From assembly GCF_021869535.1 (NCBI RefSeq), contig NW_026262745.1, forward strand, positions 74,152,001 through 74,216,000: DNA of 64,000 bases, read 5' to 3'. Shown in pieces: positions 13,601 to 24,755 of the stretch. Positions within the stretch are counted from its first letter, which is position 1, and every line of letters starts with the position of its first letter. Both the position numbers and the translations under genes were made by a program. This stretch comes from Mytilus californianus. Its lineage: Eukaryota. The notes beneath the pieces were generated by a model, which was given only the letters and a program-made list of their open reading frames with translations, was not told where the DNA came from and made no database searches.

Positions 13601-16267
13601 GCTGAGTAACAAAACAGATAATGTGTTGTCCTCATATACTGCAAAGAAGAAGATGTCTTATCATTGCCATTGACACAACTACTCACTAGAGTTTAAATGA
13701 AGTAGATGTACATGTAAGCAAATATACTTATCCACTGTAAAGCCCTCAAAAATGAGAAAACCCATACTGCAGTATCAACTATAAAAGGCCCCAGTCTGGT
13801 AAATGTGATATAATTCCATAAGACGTACATTAACCAAAGACAACCACTATTACATTTTTTCTCACAAAACTATCTTGTGTAAACCTTAATTAAATTCACG
13901 AACAATATAATAAAAAAAAAATGCACATCTAAAAGCAATTCTGGGAAAATACTGTTGTTTTAAGGTCTTTTAACAAATTATTTTTTTTTTATTCTTGCAA
14001 GAATAAAAGTTGCAAATATATATATTTAATGAATAAATAAACAAATATATTTCCAGTATTGCTTAATACAAATAAAACATTACTTGAAGTCCGTAGTTGA
14101 AAATACGCGGCATTTATACTTTTCCGAAGTTTTGTCTGCTATTGAGTACAGCCAATCACGTCATCAAAGCGTTTGTCGATAATGAACGTAAAACAATATT
14201 AAACGGTACACGATTTAAAAATTCAAAAGTCAAGTGTGTTACTGAAAATGGATTTACTTGATTGGACATGATTTAAAACGACTGATATCTCTTTTAAAAG
14301 AAATCTGCTATGCAAACACTGGTATGCGTTCATATCATTGAAATATCATAGTATCAAATGGGGATTTCGTTAAAACATCACATTTTTCATCGGATGTACA
14401 TTAATTTTTACCGTAAGACAGTATAGTTCGATCTTTGGATAGCATTTTTTAGAAAATATACATTTAAACGAATGTATTGATACTTTGTTTCACATTCAAA
14501 GATTCCTTTAACACGCTGGACTTTTGAGTTGAAAATGTAATGTACGACCTTCAGTTGCGATTCGGGTCACGTGACTACTTTCACTCTCGAAAAACCCATG
14601 CAAGATTAAATATAGGTCTTTATGTTTCATTCTACGATCTCTGTTTTCCTGATTTTTTTGCCATTTTCTTATGATATGCACTTTCATATAACATGCAATT
14701 TTACGCATTTTTCTTGTAAAGTGCCTTAATATCACTGCGGTTATACATGATATGTGTGCGATGAAGAAGTAGATATTACCCTGACACAAATATGTGAAGA
14801 TTAAGATACATGTATATAGTTAAAGACCCAATTCTTGACGATTACAGACTTTCACAGATTGTAGCAAACGGAAAAAGAATTTTACAAAGACAATTTTAAG
14901 AATGACGGTTTAAAAATTTTATTTGTCGGACTATAATTATGCTGCATTGGAGCGTTAACTGCATAGACCATTCCCAGTTGAAAATGAAATGTTTAACTGC
15001 AAAGGGTGAGTATTTGTTTTATCAATCAACATTTAATTGATTTTCATCTTTAAGATTTTGAATAAATCATACCCTGTTCAATTCATATCAAAAGCCTAAA
15101 CCGTAATTGTTATTTAATTTCTAGATTAAGAAAATGCAACGTAAATTGGCCTAAAATTTAAGCTTCGTTTTCGGGTAACTCGACCCTACCTAATTTTTAC
15201 GGTCTTCCCTGGCATTTTTACAAGTAAGCCAACTCATGTCGAGTTGTCAGCTGCAGTCTAATCTTGTTAATTTGGAACCTACATTAACATTTTCAACATG
15301 TCACCCTTAACATACCTTTTTTTAATCAGGCCTAATAAAAAGTGTGATTAATTTAACCTTTAGAATAAAAATTATATTTAGGATATAAGTCTCATATAGA
15401 GGGAAGGAAAGACACAAAAGATGACAAGAATCGATGTACGCAAATTTTTAATTTTGTAGAGCAGCAAGGACGCATGTCGAGAGAAGTCGACAGAAAGAAA
15501 TTGAATCTTGCCAACGCAGAATTAGAAGATAAAAGCCGATGATGAGTTAGAAAATAGCTGTTGCTGAAAAGACTTCTTTTCAGGGTAAAACAGATATTTC
15601 AAAAAGAATTTAAGTTGTTGGGACATCTTAAAACTATGGTAAAATTGTGGCCAAGGTCAGTTTTAAATGGCTTAGTTGATAAAAGTAAATCATGGTACAT
15701 TTATAACTAAATTATACCATAGTTTGCTATGGTATAATTTTCGGTTATTGTGAATTATACGTAAGTCTGCCTTCATAGGTTTAATAACAACGGTATAGGT
15801 TAAAATTGCAATAAAACACACAAGATGTTACTTGACTGACTATTGCGGGTAAAGGACAACAAACAATGTATTACTCGATAAGAGGAACTTCAACCCTCGT
15901 GGTGTGAAAACATTCATTGCTAGCCATCAACGATGTTAATAAATCGGAAAACGTAAATTCTTTTGACAATGCTCTCCACAAATAATAGTTGTATGCTATA
16001 ATGTATACCTCTTTCAGAGATACTAAAAAAAAACTCTCAAAACATTTGTACTGAATACAATTTAAAAGACAAACCATTTCTTATCATAATTCACAAAATA
16101 CAAAAATCATCATCGAAATATATTGGAATGTGATTGCTGATTTTCCAAATTATTGGACATTACAATCAATATGATTAACAATATAAACATGTAAAAAGGA
16201 GCAAATAACCTTTACTTGTTCTCTAAAATAGTTTACCGTTATATATTCAAAATCGAATAACATCTTT

Positions 16268-16650
16268 TCACTGTATCTTGATAATTGTTAATTTGGACCA
16301 CAAGCCACCATTAAGATGCCACGTTTCGCCAGCATACAACCAGACTTGATCATTTGGATTTAACTTACGGGTTACAGATGCTGCACCGGTAAAACTTTTT
16401 GTACCGTTATGATCGCCGATGTATGTTATTGAAATGTCATATCCATTAAGTTTAATGTAGTATCTTGCATGACTGGTATACGACATCACAGAAGCTGATA
16501 TCAGGTACAATCCTTCATGTTCACAAGTAAGTTTTCCAGTGGTCTTGTATGTTGACAGATTGGAGATACCTACACTGTACTTGACATCATCGAATTTCAT
16601 TATGTTATTGCTAAATGTTCCATGTCTAGATGGATGTGCAGTCATGGCAA
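16268..16650 (-). CDS. C1qDC gene A, exon 3 (globular C1q domain)
   Basis: Acceptor TTTTTTATTTTAG|TT GCC ATG. Reads VAMTA...MKFDDVKYSVGI...TGKLTCEHEGLYLISAS...LNPNDQVWL...WSKLTIIKIQ*, the C1q pattern (F..V....G...., G.F.C...GLY, L...D.VW). Confidence 0.95.
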
Positions 16651-16919
16651 CTAAAATAAAAAAGAAATTGGAGAACATTTGTTATAGTCTTACAATACTT
16701 CTTATTGATAAATATAGAGTTGAGTCTTTTTTAGTAGGTGACTCTTATTTGTGGTTGTGTCCATGAATGTGTGTGTTTGATATAGTATCTGTATATCTTA
16801 TTCATTTGAAATAATTATGGTATTCAGATCATCTATCGTTATTCACTTTTTATTATTCAGAAGTTTTTTTTCGAATGTTATACAACATTTGTATTTGAAT
16901 ATTGATGAATACAATCTCA

Positions 16920-18909
16920 TATGTCGTGTCAATTGCTGCAATATTTACAAAAATCATATATACCCTTATGGAACTGAATTGTTTGCCGCAAACTTGCAGC
17001 AGACTTGCTGCAAGCTTGCGGCAAACAAAAAGTTTGCAGGAACACAGAAAATAGTGTTTGCAGATGTTTGCCGCTAGCTGCAAACTTTCGGCAAACATTG
17101 CAGCTTTTTGCTGCAAGCTTGCTGCAAGTTTGTAGAAACATCAATGTTTGCCGTAAGATTGCCAGAAAGTTAAGATAATAAATAATGTTTGCTGCAAGAT
17201 TGCAGAAAACTTTGACCATTCTATATGTTTGCCGCAAGATTGCAGAAAACTTTGACCATTCTATATGTTTGCCAGAACATTGCAAGAATTACACAATATT
17301 GACTGGGCATGCCTAGTTGGCACTTCCTGGAAGCTAACAATTTGAAATTGTGTCTAGGTCATGTTGATTGTGTTTGGAAAATGCATTTCACATATAAGAG
17401 ATCAATGAGGCATTTTGGTTCAATAATATAGGATATTCAATACTAGGTAATTTTGTAAGTACAAATAATTCATAGAACTGCATGTTTTAATGAAATAATT
17501 AATGTCACCATCATACATAATTAAGTAAGCAACTATATATATATATATATATATGTGTGTGTTTGAAAAACTTTAGCTATTATAAGTTTGAATTTTGTAA
17601 CTGATGTACTGTATCATGTTTATTAAAATTAAGTTCAATTCTGTAATGCAATTATTACCTAGCTTTATACCCAATACACATTGGAGATTTTTCCTTTTTC
17701 GTTTCTTAAATTAATACAGGTATATGATGTCATCTGAGAATAACCCCTACCCCCTTTTTCAAAACTCAAATGTATGTATGTATTTCCTTAAATCTTTAAG
17801 TTTGCAAGAATTCTTTCAATGACTGTTTGTATACAGGCAGGAAATCTTTTAAAAATGTTGCTGTGTAATTTGAAAGAGATAAATTGAATGTGTCTACACA
17901 CATGACATTGGTATATGTGTAGTTCCTGCAAGTTTGCCGCAAGTTTGCAACAAACAATTGCCGCAAGCTTGCAGCAAACAATTGCCGCAAGCTTGCGGCA
18001 AATCTAATTTGCATAATTATGTTTGCAGCAAGCTTGCCGCAACCTTCATTTGCATGGTAAAATGGTTGCGGCAAGTTTGCAGCAAATGTTTGCTGCAAGC
18101 TTGCGGCAATGTTTGCTGCAAACTTGCGGCAAATGTTTGCCGCAGGGCTTATTTTTCGGTAAGGGTACGTTTATAAAAACAATATATATTCAAAAAATTA
18201 TATAATATGTTCATAAAAACTTAATATTTATTCACAAAATCATATTTATCTTTATAAAAACAAAACATATATTCAAAAATCATATATATGTTCATAAAAT
18301 ACAATATATGTTAGTTACATAAAAAAAAATATACGTTCAATAATTTGCATCATGGAATACCTTGTATGTATGTACTGGTAAATTTCTCCGTTATTCGGAG
18401 CACCTTACAGTAGTAACAGTAGAATCCGTGTACACTCCCTATCGAGATCAGACAAACCGATAAGGTTATCAGTAGATTAATCTCCAGGTCAAGTTTGGTA
18501 CAACTTTGACCAACCAAGGCCCCTAAAGTACCCATTCTAGTTTAAATTCCGTTTCTCAAGGGTTGCTCCGAATAACGGAAGAATACACGAGTACATACAT
18601 ACAAGGTATCTAATGATGCAAATTATTGAAAGTATATTTTTTATATAGCTAACATGGTATGAACTTATTTATGATTTTGTTAATATATATTTAGTTTTTA
18701 TAAACATAGTATATGATGTTTGGGAAATTTATTTGGTTTTTATAAACATGAAGTTGATTTTTTGAATATGTATTTTCTTTTTATGAACATTTATATGTTT
18801 TAACATATTTTGTTTTTTATGAATATATTTTGTTTTTTATGAATATATTTTGTTTTTATGAACATATTCATGATTTTTTTGTGAATTTTGCAACGTTTGA
18901 CACGCCATA
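16920..18909. mobile_element. Foldback (long inverted repeat) element in intron 2 of gene A
   Basis: Outer ends TATGTCGTGTCAATTGCTGCAATATTTACAAAAATCAT and ATGATTTTTTTGTGAATTTTGCAACGTTTGACACGCCATA are inverted copies. Inner arms 18336-18406 and 18558-18630 (TTCAATAATTTGCATCAT...CCGTTATTCGGAGCA) are near-perfect inverted repeats around a ~150-bp spacer. Flanks ATCTCA / ATCTCC may be a TSD. Confidence 0.8.
16963..18165. mobile_element. Non-autonomous CACTA/EnSpm-type element (1203 bp) nested in the foldback element
   Basis: CCCTTA...TAAGGG termini flanked by TA on both sides, with dense subterminal TTGCCGCAA / TTGCGGCAA / TTGCAGCAA repeats at both ends. Confidence 0.85.
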
Positions 18910-20143
18910 ATCTCCATAATCCATGTATTATATGTCTAATCTACCTATATATTCAATTCTTATGTTGTATCATCGAACATTAAACATAACAAGGATAGAC
19001 TATCCTATGACCTTCAAATTCATTTTTCAATTAATTTTTGTATGATCTACAGCGCAAAATATCGTTTAACGACGCTGGACTTCGGGGTCGTATAACACAG
19101 ATTGAATACGCAAACTAGGATCTTCGTACACGATACGATCACATTATCATGCTTACTTCTAATCGTCTGTTCACACTTAATTTTATGTCAAGTAATTTAA
19201 AATTTTAGAATATTTGCATGCATTCTATAATTTGAACAAAAGTTGGCAAGATATCGATCTATTGTCGGAAAAAATTTACATGTATTATTTTTCATATTCA
19301 TATACAATCATGGTAACTGTGCATAGACTGAGAGTAAATTCGTATAGCGGATGATGCTTGCATTGCAGGATACGCTTTCCTTTTCAACGCACACGATCTG
19401 GCTCCTTTTTGAATTCAAGCGATTCCCTCAGTTTGTGTTTGTTACCTTGATTTGTCTCTTCTAAATTGATCGATGAGATTTAATCATCGGTAAACTACAG
19501 TACTGTCGCCATAATTTATGTTACATGATGTGACCAACTGTTAGTTTTACAATTCATTCATCATTTTGAGTATGATTTTGGTAAAAAAAATGGGTCATTT
19601 TTAAAAACAAATCGGTATACTGATGCTAACATTTATTTTTGTTTATGGAAAATATTGTTTTAAGTGATTAAACTGAGGCTTGTATGACTTGAGAATATTT
19701 ACATCAATATTAAACATAATTTTACCTATATAGACGAAACAAGATCTATTAAATTGTATCTTAAGTGTAGTTTATGTGCGTACAGTATCGGAGTATCTTG
19801 CATGTGTATTTCAAATTATATTTGTCATGTTTTCTGATTGACTTGGATGGCAAAAGGTAATATTAAAAAAAAAGTATTTTTATTATAACTATGTTCATTA
19901 AAATTTTCTTTATACCTCAAAACTGCTTCTGAGAATGGTAACAGGATAAACAAAATATTGCGCAACTTATCAATTTAAGTTTCAAATATTTTTGTATAAC
20001 ACGATTAGGAATGCATGTTTTGATATGTTGATCTAAAAATATTGTATATCTTAAATTGTCTCATAAAGATGATAATTTAAACAAGTAATTTTATTAAGTT
20101 TCAAAGTTCGATATTATTTTGACACAAATATAAACCTACGAAC

Positions 20144-20284
20144 CTCTTTCAGTCGTTCTAATAACCTCAGATTCAACGTTTGACAATTTTGATTCTGTTT
20201 GCTGTTGTTTTTCCCTCACTTGTTCAATTTCTCCCTCGATCTTTTCTTCCATTGTAGTTAAATCATTTTTATGGACAGTTACAT
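20144..20284 (-). CDS. C1qDC gene A, exon 2 (coiled coil)
   Basis: Missed by the ORF track. Acceptor CTATTTCAG|AT GTA and donor AGA G|GTTCGT; 141 bp, phase 1-1. Reads DVTVHKNDLTTMEEKIEGEIEQVREKQQQTESKLSNVESEVIRTTER, homologous to gene B exon 2 (...ESKLLSIESEVTKNSER). Confidence 0.92.
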
Positions 20285-20601
20285 CTGAAATAGTGTGATT
20301 ATCATTTCAAATGGTGATTCGAAAATTCATTGGGGAAAAAAGACTTATATAGAAATCGAACATCGAGTGTTTAACAAAAGGTAAACAATCCAACGCCAAA
20401 CAAAAAAAAGCATTTGCACAAGGAGCACACGATACGCCCAGAATGTGCATACTGGAAGAATACAATGGAATATTTATTAAGGAATCCTATCAGAAAAGAT
20501 GTTTCTATTAAAAACGAGTTGCATGGAGAGATCCTTCGTTGTATGAAAATTGCTTGGAAATGGACTTTTAAAAAGTATAATAACTCTGAAACGACCAACA
20601 T

Positions 20602-20705
20602 TGATTGATTGATTGATTGGTGTTTAACTTCAATTTCAGCACTCATGTGTTATTTCGTGGCTGTCACTTTTTTTAAGGAGGAAGCCGGAGCTCTGGAGAG
20701 TAAAC
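20602..20705 (-). mobile_element. 5'-truncated tRNA-derived SINE (3' part)
   Basis: (GATT)n tail, TATTTCGTGGC and GGAGGAAGCCGGAG match the fuller SINE at 56498-56765. Confidence 0.7.
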
Positions 20706-21734
20706 GACAAACAAGAACATTTTCAAAATCAAAAGTCAGCCTGCATTCATTAGTCAAAACAAGTGAAAAGATTGAGGTTAACTTGTTCAAGCATACACGA
20801 GCTAGTCGTGATATGCAAACCATTGCCATTAATCTTACGGATAATGTCCAATAACTCCGAAACGACAAATAATAAAACATTCAATATCTAACAGCATCTC
20901 ACTTGTACTAATTCCAGCAATTGTGTAAAGTTTGCAGTAAATCGGTCCAAGCATACGCAAGTTAAGTAAATGCGAATTGGAGAAATCGTACGAAGTATTG
21001 ACATTCAAACAAACAATTATACCATAATACGTCCCTTCTAAGACGGTCATATATAAATGACGAATAGAAAGTAGCAAAAAGAAGTTAAACGTACCTTTGA
21101 AAACAGTACAATAAAGGTATGTAATATAATATAATGAAATATAGGCAAAAGCAAACATTGATAAAACATAAGGAATCTCATAAAAGAATGTCATTAAACC
21201 ACGTTTCGTTGAATTTCGTGTATTGATGTCAACTAAAAATCATTTACTAACAGACATAATTATCAATTAATTTGTTGTTTGCTATGTCAATTGTGCAGAA
21301 AAAAGGGTATCTATATCAGTTATTTCAAAGGTGTCGGTCATATGAGGCCTTAAAATGGCTCCTTTTTCTGCCAAAAATTTCAAATAAGGATTTAATTATC
21401 AATATTACAATGAATCATAGTTAAAATATTGACTAAGTAGGAAATATAGCTTTTGTTGAAATTTGCGTATCGACGTTCTTTTGAAGACGCCTCAAATAGC
21501 ACACATATTGATTTATTAGAAATAGACAGATTAAAAATACGTTCTTATATAAATAAGTGTTCAAAAAATATATAAGCACTAAATTGGTCAGTATAGATAC
21601 ATTCTGAATAAAAATAAGTCCCAAAATGGACTATAAGATATCTGACTTCAAAATAACCAAAATCACTTTTCAATAACAAAAGATGAAACTAAAGACAACC
21701 AATGTCGAGGTTATTAATAACTAATTTTTCTCCA

Positions 21735-21780
21735 CAAGATGCACATTTTGACAATAAATGTCTTAACAGTGATGCTCGAG
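21735..21780 (-). ncRNA. Degenerate hammerhead ribozyme (subfamily 2), likely inactive
   Basis: The minus strand reads GCATCA-CTGTTAA-GACA TTTAT TGTC-AAAA-TGTGCA-TC. The scaffold matches 24712-24755, but both catalytic core strands are mutated. Confidence 0.6.
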
Positions 21781-22096
21781 GCTAAAATATTTGAACATCC
21801 AAAACTTATTTTAAACATTATTAACTTGGCATAGACACATGATCTCGGTTAAACAAGTTTTTCAAATCTCTACCTACTCTTTAAATCTCATTAAAAACAA
21901 AAATTATTATACATTATAATAGTATAGAAAAAAGCATCCAAAACCATAAAACATCTGATAGCATAACATTTCGCGTATTCTAAATTGATTGTTAGCTCCC
22001 CCTTTTTTTTCAAGAATTCAAGAATTTAAAAGAAAAAGAAGAAAAAGAAAACAAAATATTAATCCTGAAGCGCCAATTGATTTCACTTTATCTTAC

Positions 22097-22430
22097 CTTC
22101 AATATCTTGTAGGAAAATTGAAACTGTGTTATTAATATAGCTCTGTAAATTGTCCACTGCGGCTTGCACCTTTTTGTCCAGAACTTTTTCAATACGGTCT
22201 TTCATTGCACTCGAAACGGCAATTTTCACTTCATTTATTAATTCTTTTAGTTGGGCAGTTAAAACAGAAATGTCCATCTCTGCTTTCAATGGAGCATTCA
22301 TTTTTGTGATCAAAGGAATGTCTATTGCTCCCGCACAGTTTTCATTTTCACATAAATTCGCACGGACTTTTTCATTTAGTAAAATAGAGAACAGAACGAC
22401 TGCACACCCATGCAACATCTTGAAAGCCAT
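22097..22430 (-). CDS. C1qDC gene A, exon 1 (signal peptide plus N-terminal region)
   Basis: MAFKMLHGCAVVLFSILLNEKVRA resembles a signal peptide. Donor GAA G|GTAAGA, phase 1. TATAAAT lies ~35 bp upstream of the ATG. Exons of 334+141+383 = 858 nt give an intact 285-aa protein. Confidence 0.93.
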
Positions 22431-23901
22431 ACTGAAACTTTTTCGTTAGAAGATCTATGATTTATACCTTCACAATTATTCAATCTTTTGGCAAAACATT
22501 GATTTTCTTTGTTAGGATATCAGTGAGTTATGCATGTATCAACCTTGAGAACATTTGATTATGTTTGCAATCATTAAATTGCCTGTGTCGTCATAACAGA
22601 TTCTGAAGTAGTAATTGCAAATTACATGAACAACATGGTATGATGACTATTTATACTTAGCTATGAAATAGTTGTTGTAAAAGTACGTCAACAGTATGAT
22701 TTGCTAATAAAAGCTAAAACAAAAAGAAATACAATGTTTCGCTCAGGCTGCTTTGGTACATAAGGCAATAAAAAAAAAGACGAGAATTGCAGCATACGTT
22801 TAGTCCTAACTCCTATATAGCATATTTATACACATACCTGCGACCTTGGAGTAGATCAGTTATATACTTATCTTTATGATTTCATTTCGTTAGATGACAT
22901 TTTAAAGAACAGAAGGTCTTAAATAGATATTATTAAACCTTGTTTCCTTGTGTCTACCATGTGCATGATAGGCAGAATGTGTTTTTTTGTGATTTTAGTA
23001 ACACTATTTGACCTTGTAACTGGATTTAACTTCATAGAACGCCGATAAACAGTCAGCTTTATTTTACATTGATGAGTAAAGGATGAAAATTGGCAGTATT
23101 GAAACTTGAATATGTAGAACTCAAAACCATAATGTTTAATATATATATAGACATAACTGGTTTGGTTCTGTCTTTCACTTATTGACGCCAACAACAGATC
23201 CTTTTATTTAACATATCATTAAGTTATTTTCACTAGAAGTTTTGGGATGGATACAAGAAACAACCGAAAACATGGAAGTATGTTTAGGGTCTTTTGGTTT
23301 TTTTTTCAACGTTCAAGGATTAAAATATCATGCAATGTATTTTAAAATTTCACCGAGATTATTCAGTCAAAATATATCATAAGTTCAAATTGTTCGGCAT
23401 ATTATCAAAAAAGAGTATACTTTTAACACGAACGTGTTTGTTGAAATAATCGAACTCAGGAAATACCAACAAAAATATTAAATTGTTGTTGAAATGAACA
23501 GAGCATCGGTAAATTATTTAGTAGGTGGAAGATCGAAGGAAATTTTTTCCAAAACCCACGTATGATTATGTAAAAAGGTGTACATGAGAGTGAAACAAAC
23601 CTATTAAGTGCGTCATGAGCAATCTCCTTGATGTTGTTACGACCACTGGATCAATATATCTGCTAGTGGACCCTAAAACCCGAAGGGTATCACAAGCACA
23701 GTATTCAGTCGTTCGGTACTGACATTTAAATACAGCTACTGTTGTATGTTAAAATTTGTTGTAACAATTACAAAATTTTGTAATTATTTCAAAATGATGG
23801 AATGTATTTCCCTCATGCATAGCTCTGAGTATGTGCCCGTTTATTTTTCTTGTGGTCTTTGTTTATAGCTAGCTCTTCAACGTTTGTTTTATATCTATTT
23901 T

Positions 23902-24672
23902 GGACTCGGAGGTGCGTTTTGGACGCTGAAGTGCGATGTCACGCTGACATGCGATGGTCTGAGTTGAAGTGTGGCGGTTCTTTCGCTAATGTATGAACGT
24001 CAATAAGACGCCTAAGTTCTAGTTCTAGTGCAATTATTATGAGAGTTTAAAGTTTTTATGTGTTAGTATATAGAAATATAAAATAACCAATATTTTCTGA
24101 AGTTGCAGTAAAAAACTTCTTCCGGATGATCTATCTCTTTTCTTGTTATTCGTCACATCAGCCCTCTTGATGTTTCGCTTATTTTGAATCGCTGTGACTA
24201 ATAAAGTAGTATTAGCATTTCAAACAATTTTACGTTTTTCAGTCATTAGAAATTAGTTCTGGTTTAAAAGGGAAATAACCTAAGTATGTAGCTTTTATAA
24301 TGGTCAATTTTGAAAGATTGTATGAACGACTGTTTCTTTCTGTCTAAGCTATTAGTTAAGTACACGACAACGTTACATTTAGGATTGGAAATGCAATGAC
24401 CATTTGCCTTGAATGTTTATTTTTAAAAAACGAAACACTACTGCAGACAAACAAATTGATTTCTTCATCGGAATGTGAACATGAAAAACATAGAAAATAT
24501 TCATTATTAAGTCCATCGCATTACCACAATCTCACTTCGGTGTAGCTAACAACAAGATAACGTCAAAATGCCACCATCGCACTTCAGCATGATCAAACAC
24601 TCACTTCAGCGTCAGACCATTGCATACCAGCATGACCATCGCGTTTTGGAGTACCATCGCGGATCAGAGTCC
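23902..24672. mobile_element. ~770-bp non-autonomous TIR element with subterminal repeats
   Basis: Ends GGACTC... / ...GAGTCC, with inverted subterminal motifs GCTGAAGTG and GCGATGGTC on the left and CACTTCAGC and GACCATCGC on the right. Confidence 0.7.
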
Positions 24673-24711
24673 TACATATATGTATTGGATTTTCAAATAA
24701 GTTTGATTCGA

Positions 24712-24755
24712 GCAACACTGACGAGACATTTATTGTCGAAATGTGCATCTGGCCC
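24712..24755 (+). ncRNA. Minimal type I hammerhead ribozyme, subfamily 2 (stem I decayed)
   Basis: CTGACGA (24718-24724), stem II GACA/TGTC with a 5-nt loop, GAAA, self-complementary TGTGCA, then TC (cleavage triplet AUC). Confidence 0.75.

Noticed and set aside
16817-18205. Overlapping C/K/L/A/Q-rich ORFs on both strands
   Set aside because: They are by-products of the TTGCCGCAA subterminal repeats of the EnSpm-type element.
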